Shown: in pieces, positions 29,782 through 43,417 of the stretch
Position numbering within the stretch: position 1 is the first letter of the stretch
Layout: each line of letters opens with the position of its first letter
The notes under the pieces: model-generated
Database searches by the model: none
What the model was told of the DNA's origin: nothing
Seen by the model: the letters and a program-made list of their open reading frames with translations, nothing else
Assembly: GCA_012295275.1 (NCBI GenBank)
Contig: CM022668.1
Location: forward strand, 16,616,001 to 16,680,000
Reading direction: 5' to 3'
Origin: Chrysomallon squamiferum
Lineage: Eukaryota; Animalia; Mollusca
Length of the DNA: 64,000 nucleotides
Made by a program: the position numbers and the translations under genes

Positions 29782-29880
29782 CAAGTAGTTATAAGCAGAA
29801 AAAGACATTAAGTCGACTGGTTTTTACAAACGTATGTCTACGTAACACGTGTGAATGAGACAGTCTACTGTGGTTTAGTC

Positions 29881-30397
29881 GTTGCGTAAGAACACAGCGA
29901 TTCGATTACTGGTACAGAGAATACAGACAGTAGTTGTGTAAGAACACAGTGATTCGATCAGTGGTACAGAGAATACAGACAGTAGTTGCGTAAGAACACA
30001 GTGATTCGATTAGTGGTACAGAGAATACAGACAGTAGTTGCGTAAGAACACAGTGATTCGATCAGTGGTACAAAGAATACAGACAGTAGTTGTGTAAGAA
30101 CAAAGTGATTCGATTAGTGGTACAGAGAATACAGACAGTAGTTGTGTAAGAATACAGTGATTCGATCAGTGGTACAGAGAATACAGACAGTAGTTGTGTA
30201 AGAACAAAGTGATTCGATTAGTGGTACAGAGAATACAGACAGTAGTTGTGTAAGAACACAGTGATTCGATTAGTGGTACAGAGAATACAGACAGTAGTTG
30301 TGTAAGAACACAGTGATTCGATCAGTGGTACAGAGAATACAGACAGTAGTTGTGTAAGAACACAGTGATTCGATTAGTGGTACAGAGAATACAGACA
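29881..30397. repeat. 52-bp minisatellite, 10 copies
   Basis: Unit GTTG(C/T)GTAAGAACACAGTGATTCGAT(T/C)AGTGGTACAGAGAATACAGACAGTA. Confidence 0.95.
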
Positions 30398-30608
30398 CGT
30401 GTCTTTGAGTACACTGCGGTCAAGTGAAACATGACACCGTCTCCAAGGACACCGCCCATCCACACGTGTTTCAGTAAAACATTAAGTTATTATTTTACTC
30501 TCTTCATTAGAGTCATGTCCATGACAGGCGTGTTTGAATAATTAGCTAAAGAAGAACCATTAACCATTTACATAACCTTTTGTAATTATTAAAACGAAAA
30601 GACAAAGG

Positions 30609-30730
<122 letters not shown>

Positions 30731-31060
30731 TAGATATATATATGTATGTGTGTCTTTCTGTATTTCTGTAAGTCATGCATTTTTGTACAATAATAAAAAA
30801 TAAATACTGCTGCTCAATTTGTGAACAACATTTGAATCACTGAACCTGTGTAGCTGAGGGACATTTTGAATTCTTCATGTATTTTATTTTGTGTTTGTGT
30901 TTGTTTATACTGATGTACATAAAATAGTTTAACAAGTATTCAACAATACTAAAGAAAACGTTGTGTTTTACTATTACCTCAGTACATTAACAAAACGCAA
31001 TGGTTTATAAGTGTTCCTTATAACTCAAAGTACATATAATTCAAATTCTTGTAAGCTAAG

Positions 31061-31320
31061 GAAAACAGTATGTTTCAGTGGTATTCCAGTACAATAAAGA
31101 AAACAGTGTGGTTTAGTAGTATTCCAGTACAATAAAAAAAAACGGTAAGGTTTACAAGTAATTCAGTATTGTAAAGAAAACAGTATGTTTCAGTGGTATT
31201 CCAGTACAATAAAGGAAACGGTGTGGTTTAGTAGTATTCCAGTACAATAAAGGAAACGGTAAGGTTTACAAGTAATTCAGTATTGTAAAGAAAACAGTGT
31301 GGTATAGTAATATTCCAATA
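31061..31320. repeat. 115-bp duplication made of three ~38-bp monomers
   Basis: GAAAACAGTATGTTTCAGTGGTATTCCAG at 31061 and 31176. Decayed monomers extend on both sides. Confidence 0.85.
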
Positions 31321-31800
31321 GTGATTCACTGATATTCCAATAGGGCATTACAGTATACTAAGGAAACCAGTAAGCATTTATGATTTTGGTGTATCTGTTA
31401 TAAAGAAAACAGGTCCATTTGCAATACTATTCTATTATAATTACAGAACTCCAGTATACTAACTAAACTCGTTATACTGACATTGCACTATGCTAACGAA
31501 AACAGTATACTTTATGATATTTCTGTGACTTTAAAAAAACACTTTACCTCATACATTTAATTCTGACATGAAAGAATCTTGTATGTTTACGATATTTATT
31601 ACGACACTCGTTTGTTCTCGTAATATTGCAGAAAAAAAAAGCTTTAGGTTTACGTTTTCCACTACATAAACTGTATAATATTCCACTACACAAAAGAAAA
31701 CAATATGAGTCATTGAATTACAACACAGATAACATTAAAGTAAGTGCTTTATGTCGTACAATGAAGATTTCTTGCGGTTTTCACGGAATCTTTGACTTAC

Positions 31801-31854
31801 CTGTTAGCAGAATTCTTCACTTTGTTACAGCTGCCTTCTTCTTCATAATAAAAG
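31801..31854 (-). CDS. Candidate 54-nt exon (FYYEEEGSCNKVKNSAN; phase 2-2)
   Basis: TTTTGTTATTAACTGCAG acceptor and consensus CAG|GTAAGT donor. Only the phase-2 frame is open. Confidence 0.3.
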
Positions 31855-31894
31855 CTGCAGTTAATAACAAAAATGTCCCACACTCATACATTAC

Positions 31895-31913
31895 CTGCGT
31901 CTTGACATCTATA
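31895..31913 (-). CDS. Candidate 19-nt micro-exon (YRCQDA + 1 nt; phase 0 to 1)
   Basis: CTTTAATTTGCAG|TATAGATGTCAAGACGCAG|GTAATG. Bridges the phase-0 end of the 33 kb exon and the phase-1 start of the 24.8 kb exon. Confidence 0.4.
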
Positions 31914-32978
31914 CTGCAAATTAAAGATTGTTTATTGCGCCGAGGCATCAATATATGTAAATGTGATTGATTTCGGGTAAAGGGTTTGCATAATCATAAT
32001 ATGAAGACGAGTTAAAATTAGAAAACTGAACGAAAATGGCTTTAACTGGAAAATATCAACTTGCAAATCATTCTGTTTCGTCTTATCAAGTCAGAATATG
32101 TTGAGTTAGATATTTAATTAACATATTATGATCTTGACCTTGAATTTCAGTCTTTTTCTCTTTCCGATATGTAAAAATAAATGAATACGTTTTGTTGTCA
32201 TTCTTAAAAGAATACACTTTTAATTATTAAATAGAAATTAAACAATAAATAACTTTTGAAATTTTGTTAGTAAGCAAAAGCATTGACTGCAGATTACATA
32301 TGATAGAAATATTAACATGTTTTATTGACTTTCATAAACGAATGGAATTTTCAATTAACAATATTATCTATTTATAAAGATAACAAAACTTTAAATTATT
32401 AAGTATGTATCATCCTGTGATCTATTTCTTAAGTTATTACTTACTAGTTATGACAAATACAATAGTAAATACTGCTATAAAATGTACGATCCGTGTTTGA
32501 GTTAAAAAAAAGGTGACTTGTTTACAAATATTGTTAGTATTTAAGATGGCAATGTGACTGTAATATATTACCATTAAAACATAAAATAACATACACATGT
32601 CAGAAAAAACAATCAATATTACATTCGTAAGAATACAAAAAACATTTATTTTAATTACATAAAATGTGCCAAGAAAATAATCGTCACGAAAATAACAGAA
32701 CAGAACGAAAAAGAGGTGCATAAAAAACAAAATACAGCAAACAACTGCGAGAGAACACAGAGTTTACAAGAAACCAGCCTCCTGTTAGCGACTCACACTT
32801 TTTATTTAATTACGAGTCTTAACTTCGTCCAGAAATAGCTCACACACGTGTGCTGTGTAACACCACGTTGAGATGGTCTGCACGTGTTCGCAGTGGAAAC
32901 AAGAGACTGGTTTTGATAAAACACGTAAAGCCACAATAAGAAAATTGTTGTAAAAAAGTAGACAAAAAAAATATGTAC

Positions 32979-33242
32979 CACCACATATTGAGCTTCGTCC
33001 CACCTTTTAGCGGAAGCGGACCCTTTGACCGGAGGTTTCAAGTTGCTCAGATTGACTTTTGGTTTCGAGTCTTGCGCATCTACCGGAACTACCAGCACGG
33101 GGGGGTGCTCCTCCAGGACAGTGATATCTTCCTCTCCGCACCTCTCATTGGGGGGGCAGCGTTTGTTGACTGTCAGTCTCCTCTCTCCCATGGGGCATGA
33201 CATACTACTAGAGGGACAGCCGCTTTCCAACATGGAATGCAT
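32979..33242 (-). CDS. Probable first coding exon (N-terminal up to 88 aa, MHSMLESGCP...SAKRWDEAQYVV) of an unidentified large spliced gene
   Basis: Most GC-rich non-repetitive block in the window with an open frame. In-frame stop upstream (33386-33384); in-frame ATGs at 33242, 33233, 33203 and 33191. GTG|GTACAT donor at 32979/32978 coincides with an abrupt switch to T-rich intron-like sequence. No protein family recognised. Confidence 0.6.
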
Positions 33243-33420
33243 CCATGAAGTTTGGAAGATCGCCAAGTGAAGTTTGTTTGCGTAGGCGTGTACACCTGTG
33301 TTCTCGTCCCAACCGGGAGCAAAATAAATATTGGCAAAAATGGTGAAATTTTGTGACGTCGACTCCAAGCTGTGTCTACTGCCTCATCTGCTGTCGGGTT
33401 TCGTGGAAGATGTCTCAGCA
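33243..33420 (-). other. 5' UTR part of the same exon, with a splice acceptor at 33421
   Basis: Minus strand reads GTTTTTTCAG|TGCTGAG at 33421/33420. Contains upstream ATGs. Confidence 0.45.
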
Positions 33421-35193
33421 CTGAAAAAACGATGTGCCCAGCAGACGAGTAATTTCCGTGAATTCACAAGAGAAAAGCGTTGTGTTTGAAACTGCTATAT
33501 TCCAGTGCACCACTATTGCTTATCCTAACTAGAAGTTATAAAGATTCTGTCTCGAATCCTTGAATTAGAATAGTAAACGAGAAAAAACACTTGATATGTA
33601 ACACGTAGATGGTTGTTCCTAGTTCTATAAGATATGTTTTATATTTCTGCAACACCAACCCACTTGTAACAAGCACTCCACAGACGCCCTCCCTTTGTAA
33701 CACATTAATGTTTTATAGCATCTGTAATAAAACACGAAAACACTGAATGTGTAACAACAGATAAACAACAGAAATACCTTTGATGCTGGTGAGAGATGGA
33801 AATAGAATTATTCTGTGACAAACACGATGTTTCACACTCTCTCGTCGTATCAGTGAGTCTTTGTCTCAGACATGTACAGTATCGAACTGGCACTAATTAT
33901 TGTGAATTTCTTAGAGCTGCACTGGATTTCATACGCACTGTGAGAACTTACTTTTATATTTCTGTAGTAAGATATCACAATATAGTTCTTACAACACCAG
34001 TGTTATTATTTACACATCTATTACCGTCTCACAGCTGTAATTTTGTCTCGGATACCATCTCCCAAATAATTCTGCTCTGATATCAGTTTGGAAAATTAAA
34101 GAAACATAAATAGATATCTTACCATCTCACAGTATTAATTAGTGATTTGTGACTATTTCTTAAATTCGTTTCGCAGTGTTAACTAATATTTTTAATTTGG
34201 TCTCATAATATTAACCAGTGATATTTGTGGATATCCAAATCTTCGTCTCACTCTGTTGAAATCTCACAGAGGTTGGTGAATTTCTCACACACTGATAATA
34301 CTAGCACGCACAGTTATGTTTCGAACACGTTTTCAAATAATCCACAGACAGAATTAGTTTAAGGAAATCTAGAAACAAAATCTGCAGAATTATTCTCCAA
34401 ATCTTCTCTTACCCAAAACGAGTTTTGAAAATTGTCGATTTCTACGTCAGTCAGTGTCAATACTTTTAATTATCACTTTCAAACTTAGAAACTCAGTGGT
34501 AATGTGTTTTTCCTGCTACTGATTTTATGCTAAACACAAAGTAAGATGTTCGCTTGTACCACTAGCCGACCGCTGACTGTGTTAGCTAGAAACAACAATG
34601 AAAACAGTTTCTCTTCACATGTTAAGCATTTACCTCTAATTACGTTCCTTCCGATTGCGTGAAGACAGAGCTTTCTGAAGAAAACACGGCTGCCTGCACT
34701 GATGTATCTGCAACAGAAAAATCAAAATTCATTTAATATAGCACGTAGCGAAGTATACAAAAGAGCGTATGTGTGTGTGTGGAAAACTCACATTTGTTAC
34801 CGCACGTTGGAGAATGTAGAATACAGTGCGTGGAACACAGATATATTCATTACCGTAAAGTAACACTATAAATAGTTTACTGGATAACGCAAAGTCTACA
34901 ATTGAAGATAATTACACGAAGAATACACAAATCGCGTGTTAGCTACATGATTACAATATATTATATGTTAATTATTTATTTATCTATGAGACGTACAAAA
35001 TGTATACAACTTCATAGAGGAACACAATATTTATTTTGCGTACTGAAAGCAGCAAAATGTAAAACACTTGAAATATTCTGTATTACAAGTTATAATTAGT
35101 TGTCAGACGTAGAAAATGTAGTACACGGGATACATGAAGAATATATTCACTTGTTAAACGTCCTAAAAGTAGCAAAATGTTCAGTGCGTGACA

Positions 35194-35322
35194 TATGAAC
35201 AATATACTTATTTATTAGACGTTCAAAATGTAAAATATTTGATTTATGAACAATATACTTATTTATTAGACGTTCAAAATGTAAAATATTTGATTTATGA
35301 ATAATATACTTATTTATTAGAT
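35194..35322. repeat. 51-bp tandem repeat, about 2.5 copies
   Basis: TATGAACAATATACTTATTTATTAGACGTTCAAAATGTAAAATATTTGATT. Confidence 0.85.
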
Positions 35323-35683
35323 ATACGAAATGTAGTATATATGATAACATGAACAATGATTTTTTATTTACTATTAAGAGTGGTTATATACAATACATCA
35401 TAAATGATAAATATATTTACATATGTGTCCCTGTCGATATAAGTTTTTAAAAATGTATTAAAAATACAACAAATGAACTATAAGTAGAAAACTGTAGAAT
35501 GCGAAAATGGACAATGGTATTGGAAATAGCAAAAAATACAGTGCATAGTCTATGAACAAAATAGTTATTACTGTAAGCAAGAAACTGACCAGTGCATAAT
35601 ATATGAAAAACTGAAACGTATTTTTGCAAATAACAGTATATACAGTGCGTGGTTTGTCAGCAATATAGCCACCACTGGAGGTG

Positions 35684-36580
35684 AGTACAAAAACGTGATA
35701 CTCTGACAGTACACTTACTGCTGTAATAAGCAAGCAGTACAAAAACGTGATACTCTGACAGTACACTTACTGCTGTAATTAGCAAGCAGTACAAAAACGT
35801 GATACTCTGACAATACACTTACTGCTGTAATAAGCAAGCAGTACAAAAACATGATACTCTGACAATACACTTACTACTGTAATTAGCAAGCAGTACAAAA
35901 AATTAGCAAGCAGTACAAAAACATGATACTCTGACAGTACACTTACTGCTGTAATAAGCAAGCAGTACAAAAACGTGATACTCTGACAGTACACTTACTG
36001 CTGTAATTAGCAAGCGGTACAAAACGTGATATATGGACAGTACACCTATTGCTGTAATAGCAAGCAGTACAAAACGTGATATATGGACAGTACACCTATT
36101 GCTGTAATTAGCAAGCGGTACAAAACGTGATATATGGACAGTACACCTATTGCTGTAATTAGCAAGCTGTACAAAACGTGATACTCTGACAGTACACCTA
36201 TTGTTGTAATTAGCAAGCAGTACAAAACGTGATATATGGACAGTACACCTATTGCTGTAATTAGCTAGCAGTAGAAAACGTGATATATGGACAGTACACC
36301 TATTGCTGTAATTAGCAAGCAGTACAAAACGTGATATATGGACAGTACACCTATTGCTGTAATTAGCTAGCAGTGCAAAACGTGATATATGGACAGTACA
36401 CCTATTGCTGTAATTAGCTAGCAGTAGAAAACGTGATATATGGACAGTACACCTATTGCTGTAATTAGCAAGCAGTACAAAACGTGATATATGGACAGTA
36501 CACATATTGCTGTAATAGCAAGCAGTACAAAACGTGATATATGGACAGTACACCTATTGCTGTAATTAGCTAGCAGTGCA
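35684..36580. repeat. 51/52-bp minisatellite, about 17 copies, two sequence variants
   Basis: AGTACAAAA(A)CGTGATA(CTCT/TATG)GACAGTACAC(TTAC/CTAT)TGCTGTAATTAGCAAGC. Confidence 0.95.
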
Positions 36581-37069
36581 GTGTGTGCTATATCATTTAT
36601 GATTTCTTCAGAAAGAAGAAAACTTTGCTAACAACCAATTTTGATTATCCTGAAAGCATATCTTCATAGTAAGTGTGGATCCACACAGCAAACGTACTCG
36701 TCTATTTCAGTTTTATAAACTTCACAGTGAATGTGCTTTGATGCAAAAGGGCAGCTGGTTCTAACTATTCCTGTTGTTAACATATAATTATTATCACATG
36801 TGACCTTGCATTATGAAATCAGTCTTATTTTAAATCTCATATTAATTGTGTATAGGAATTATCTATGGTTTGTACTGTATTGTAAGACTTAAGTTTTAGT
36901 ACAAAACTAAAGTTCAATCCAGCTCCGACATAAATTAAGTTATTGAGCATAAAAATAACAAAGTATATTCTATTCTCTACCTATATTGTGAACACGACTA
37001 CTTTCCTTCAAATCAAACATCTAACTATCTACCCCTGTAATCTTCTAACATGCAACCATCTAATAATGT

Positions 37070-37401
37070 AACCATTTAACCTTCTAACCATCTAACATTC
37101 TAACCATTTAACATTCTAACCATGTAACATTCTAACCATCTAACATTCTAACCATCTAACATTCTAACCATTTAACATTCTAACCATCTAACATTCTAAC
37201 CATTTAACATTCTAACCATTTAACATTCTAACCATCTAACATTCTAACCATTTAACATTCTAACCATTTAACATTCTAACCATCTAACATTCTAACCAAC
37301 TAACATTCTAACCATCTAACATTCTAACCATTTAACATTCTAACCATCTAACATTCTAACCATTTAACATTCTAACCATTTAACATTCTAACCATCTAAC
37401 C
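37070..37401. repeat. 16-bp minisatellite, about 20 copies
   Basis: Unit AACATTCTAACCAT(T/C)T. Confidence 0.95.
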
Positions 37402-37765
37402 ATTATTATTATTATCTGAAAATAATTCGTTTCATTTTTATCACGCGTTAATTTATTATCATTATTACGGTAACTAAAGTAGACTTCTTTTAATTATTTT
37501 AGTATAGAAACTAGAGCCGCATCACATGAATATATTTTGTACATTGTGAATGTATTCATCTGTATTAATTAACGTAATTATTATTATCATTTGTCTTGTT
37601 GTTTTTTTTCATAATTAATCAATGCAGACAGTCTTCAGTACATACATGTGCTAGAAATCTCACCATTTGTATCTTCTTATAATTATCATCAGATGTAAGC
37701 TTGCACAGTGAAATACTTCTATTTTAGGCTCTGACTAGGTGCACAGACAGAAAATTATCTCTCGT

Positions 37766-37768
<3 letters not shown>

Positions 37769-37860
<92 letters not shown>
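37769..37860. repeat. Compound (TC)n(CA)n microsatellite
   Basis: Direct reading. Confidence 0.95.
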
Positions 37861-38308
37861 AACAGACAAAAACGCACACACTAAGACTTCCTAAATTACA
37901 GTGTACGCTGTTTCATTACGTCTCTGCTGTTATTACGGGTTAAAACGAGGCTTACGTCTCTACTCTTATTACGCGTTAAAACGAGGCTAACAAATAAGAA
38001 AATTTGTCAATACAACACTGTCAGTGTTTAGATCAATACACGAGAAATTAGGCAAATTACACACAGTGATCTGTTAAACTTTATTAAAAAGACGAAATAG
38101 GAAACTGTGTCAGCAGTTTCTTATTAACTTATTTAAATTATTTCAAACAGTTTTTTCATGTCCATAATAACAGATCAATTGTTTTACTTTTTTTTCTTTT
38201 TTTTTAATATTAAAAGTATTGAAACTTAGTTTATGATACTAATAATATCATATATACGTAATTAGGTATGTGCATGTGAGAGTGATGATGATAGAAATGA
38301 TAAAAATG

Positions 38309-38361
<53 letters not shown>

Positions 38362-38662
38362 CATCATCATACGACAGTAGGAGTCTAAAATTTAGAATTC
38401 AAATTCAGTTACTTAACAACTAAGACATATAAAAAATTATGTGTTCGAACCTTTAAACGATAACCAAGAATTTAACTTTTCAAATATATAGTATTATATT
38501 ATTAAACTGTATTTAAATTAATTTAACGAATATACAGATAAATATTATGATATATTTAGATAATGTATTTAAAAAAGAAGAAAGAAAACAAGAAAGAAAA
38601 AAAAAGGTTTATGAAAACGGAATATCTATCTATATCTATATCTGTCTATCTATCTATCTATC

Positions 38663-38785
<123 letters not shown>

Positions 38786-40039
38786 GTTTTGTTTTACTAA
38801 ACGGACTCTTTCAGTTTTACACATGTCAAAATGTAAAATGTTTTTACGAAGAGCTGTGTTTTTAATAACTATGAACGAAAACAGACTAATTAAATTTGAC
38901 AAAAATGTAATATTTTTTGGCGGATATTTGTATCGATGTTACGACGTCGATCAATACTAGAGAACCAAAGTTTGTGTACAGAATTTCAAGAAATCGAATT
39001 CGTTCGTTTTTATTTCCGGATCTTTTTTTTTTTTTTTATGACGAACTGCACAAGTGAAATCATTAATATTGAAAGAGTTTTTCTCTGAAGAAAAATCCCT
39101 TTTTGCTGTTGAAAACTCGCAGAAAAACACAGTTATATCCTTCAGATTTTTCAAATCAATATAATACAAAAAGATTAAAAACAAAACATAAAGAACGTAT
39201 TGGATACATTTTAACGTTTTGTATGTTCTGATATATAAATATTATGTTAGAATAAAAAGGTTAAATATAAAAAAATAAGTAATATAATATAATAATAAAA
39301 ATATATATATTTGGACACAACACCTACACACACCCACACATACGCATATATGTGTGTGTGTGTGTATATATATATTTACTGTTATTGTAAAACATTAATA
39401 CATTGATCAATATTTAGAATCAATATATAGGAATAAAATAAAAAGTAAATAAATAAAAAACATCTACAAACATTTTACATACAACTGAGTATGATCAACA
39501 TGTAACATTAGAATGAACGCACAAACAGCAAATATAATTTTATTGAAAGTAACTGAAATAAACAAGAATAAATTGGAATAAATACGAAAAATAAAATAAA
39601 ATAAAATAAAATAAAATAAAAATAGCGGAATAAACAAACAAAAAATGTATTGATTTCATTTTATTATGCACAAGAACAAAATAAAAATAAATAAATTATA
39701 TTTAAAAAAAAAAAAAAAAAAGATCCTAAGTATTTTGGCTTCAAATTAATTTGGTTGTATTAAACAAGTCAGGTTTTCTTCTCAGATATCATGTAACACA
39801 AAACAGTCTAATTCTGTCAGCAATTTTTAGATTTATTAAAAATTTATCATCATCCTTTCCGTGTTCTGAATCGACTCTTTTTCCCATTCTAACCAAGTGT
39901 TCAAAGACAGTGGTATGTGTTCGTCATTTAAAATCAATGGTTAATTTTTAAATTTAGCTTTTCAGGCAAATTTATAATGTAAATGTAGCACTACAATAGT
40001 TTACAAAATGAAATAATCATCCTTCTCTCAGTCATTGTT

Positions 40040-40074
<35 letters not shown>

Positions 40075-40786
40075 TTTTTTTTGTTGTTGTTGTTGTTTTT
40101 GTCTTAGTTTCCATTCTTGCTAAGGTATCTTATCATTTTCTAACCCTTATAAAAACAAATAAATGAAAGACACAGAAATAGATTAGAAATGAAACCCGCT
40201 GTCATTATTCAATACACTACACTTTTCGACTAGCAGAAAGAAATATTTAGTAAGACCATTTCCATAGACAGGAAAGCATATGCGAACTGACGTAGCTGAA
40301 TACAATATGGGGCATTGTTTGGAATGGAAACTAGACCAGACATCTCTAAGAAGAAAACGATTCTGTGACAGTCGTATTCTATATAAAACTCTCTTAGCAA
40401 ACCATCTTGTTTCTGCCACGTCGTTCACGTATTACTGGTGAAAATAAAGCAGTGTTGAAGAACGACAAGACCCTGATAAGCATGAGAATTTAATTTGGGT
40501 CTGGTTGCCGTCGTTTCATTAAAATATCTCCCTCGCTGTTGACTTTGTCAGCCGCTTCTCCAGTAAGCACCTAATCAAAGCCTGGCCAGTCTGCTTATCT
40601 CCTTACAGTGAGACCGCGCCTGCCCAATCAGTGACAGTGTAAGTTTGTTCAACGTATACTACATCACTTACTAATCACTTGTACTTCCTAGCCTCACCTT
40701 CCCATACATTGTCATTTGTCACACCAGCATCGGTATAATTATGTACATGTACACTGTATAGTATGTGTGTGCATTTTCTGTGTGTG

Positions 40787-40856
40787 TATACATACATACA
40801 TACATACATACATACATACATACATACATACATACATACATACATACATACATACA

Positions 40857-40887
<31 letters not shown>

Positions 40888-41180
40888 GCATTCATACATA
40901 CACACAAACAAATATACATAAAAAGATACATACATACATACATAAATACATACACACATACATACGTACATGCATACATACATACGTACATACATACATA
41001 CATACATACGTACATGCATACATACATACGTACGTACATACATACATACACACATACATACACACACAAACATACATACGTACATACATACACACACACA
41101 CACATCCATACACACATACGTACGTACATACATACATACATACATACATACATACATACATACATACATACATACATACA
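40787..41180. repeat. (TACA)n microsatellite, interrupted
   Basis: Direct reading. Confidence 0.95.
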
Positions 41181-41622
41181 TGTACAAGTCCAGACAGAGA
41201 GAATTAAATTCAAGAAGAAAAATTATTTCTGTCTTCTAAAATCTATTTAATACAGATATGAATATAAAATTTAGATTGGAAATACTATTATTATTTCAGT
41301 GCTGACATACTGTTTGAGTGTGATTTATTACATTCTGTAATTTAATATTATTCGTACAGCAAATGTAAATAAGAATTTTAAAAACAATGTATGCCTTAAT
41401 AATTAACATAAAATTTTTATGTAAACAAAAATTATTTATTTATTTATTTATATTTTTATTTATTTGTTTATTTATTTTTATTTTTATATTTATTTTTCCT
41501 TATTTGTCTTACTGACTTATTTAATAAATTAAAAGCTGAAAATTGTTGTCATTGTCTTCATCTTCACCATTATCAAAGCAACAGCGGTGTGGACATTGTC
41601 TGTTGTTGCTGCAGTATTAATG

Positions 41623-42130
41623 AAACACAAACTACACGAGAGAAACAGAACTGTGTACAGTTTGTCTTGCGTTAATGAAACACAAACTGCACGAGAGAAA
41701 CAGAAATGAGTACAGTTTGTCTTGTGTTCTACACAAACTACACGACAGAAACAGAACTGTGTACAGTTTGTCTTGTGTTCTATGTTTGAACAATCTGTGT
41801 TTGTGAATATATAAAACATTTGAAAAATCTTGTTTTATGATTGTATAAAACATTTAAATAGTCGCAAATTTGTGATTGTATAAAACATTTGACGAGTTAT
41901 GTTTGTGACTGTATAAAACAGGTGAACAATCATGTTTTGTGATTGTATGAACATTTGAACAATCTTGTTTTTGTGACTGTATAAAACATTTGAACAGTTA
42001 TATTTTGTAATTATAACATAACGTTTGAACAATATTATTTCATAATTATATAAAATAAACATATAAATCCATCTTGTATAAATTATGAGAACAACTGTTT
42101 CATGATTGTATAACATAAACAATGTTTGAA
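41623..42130. repeat. ~55-bp repeat (3 copies) followed by a decayed ~37-bp array
   Basis: ACACAAACT.CACGA.AGAAACAGAA...TACAGTTTGTCTTG three times, then TGATTGTATAAAACATTTGAACA-like units. Confidence 0.75.
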
Positions 42131-43163
42131 TCATGTTTATTTTTACACACATCACTCTCTTGGTTTTAGAAAACGTTGTAAAGTAATTGATTTCCAGAAC
42201 GAATGAATATGTAATGACAAAATATAAAAGTGTGTAGTAAACAAAGGTAAGTATGTGAATGTCGATTTCACAGCGTTCCCTACGTGTCAGCGTTTCTTTG
42301 TTTATGATTCTTCATGCATGTCATCATAAAGAAAGAATTATACACGGCACAACTACAAGGAACAAGAACAAATATTGATTACATTTTTCATTAATTCGAT
42401 ATCTCTGTGACGATTCTCATGAGTGAAAAAAAAATGAGTAACATTGTTAAAGTATTGTGAATGAAAATAAAAACTGTTAAACGAATATGACATTCAGGTT
42501 GTTAACAAGCTCTATGATTGATTTTTCTCACTAACATTATAATCTATAAAACGTATTGTTCTGGAAACCACTGACAAATGATAGAAAGCTGAGCTCGATA
42601 TTTCCCTCAGTTTAGTTAACCATGCTCAGCGATGGACGTGTGTTGTAAACTCGTTATTTTACCAATAATGGCTCTAATGAAGAAACGTCGAAAAGTCTGC
42701 TACAGCTCGACTTTTCTTTATACTGGTCATTTCCGTATTAACATCTGTCCGTGTTTGCGAAAATAACTGCTCAGTTATCCGAGGTTTGTCATCAGCCGAC
42801 TCGAAACTCGTTCTAACACGTGGTCTTCGTTTTGTTCCATCCAGCTGTTTTAACTTTAGCAGTGATTTAGCGTGAAATACACTGGGTTTTTTATTTGTTT
42901 ATGTACGCATATATATATATTTTATTTATCTGTCTGAATATTATCTCTGTGTCTGTATTTGTATGAATGTTAAATGTTTGTTTGTGTACTGTCTAAATTT
43001 TATATTTTTCTGTCTATTTATCCGTTCTATATTTCTTTGTGTTTTTCTTAATGAATTAATAGTCCAATCAGAATTTAATCAGAATTTAATTTATGGTAAA
43101 AAATAACGTGGATTTAGAATTAATTTTAAAATCTTTAAGAAGACGAGATTCCTCTCTACTCTG

Positions 43164-43417
43164 GCTGAGATGAGCAATTCTCAAACTGTTTAGTCAGTCA
43201 TTACTGAGTTTTAATAACAAAATACACAGCTGAGATGAGCAATTCTCAACTGTTTAGTCAGTCATTACTGAGTTTTAATAACAAAATACACAGCTGAGAT
43301 GAGCAATTCTCAAACTGTTTAGTCAGTCACTACTGAGTCGTAATAACAAAATACACAGCTGAGATGAGAAATTCTCAAACTGTTTAGTCAGTCACTACTG
43401 AGTCGTAATAACAAAAT
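43164..43417. repeat. 64/65-bp minisatellite, about 4 copies
   Basis: GCTGAGATGAGCAATTCTCAAACTGTTTAGTCAGTCA... starts at 43164, 43229, 43293 and 43358. Confidence 0.95.

Noticed and set aside
29881-30397. Regularly spaced repeats as a CRISPR-like array (also 13713, 35684, 43164, 44273)
   Set aside because: Units are contiguous with no unique spacers, there are no cas genes, and the context is eukaryotic.
32973-33270. Plus-strand ORFs overlapping the 33 kb exon
   Set aside because: Most simply antisense shadows of the GC-rich minus-strand exon. The splice signals and composition boundary favour the minus strand.
37070-37401. TAACC-containing array as interstitial telomeric repeat
   Set aside because: The period is 16 bp, with no tandem TTAGGG or TTAGG units.
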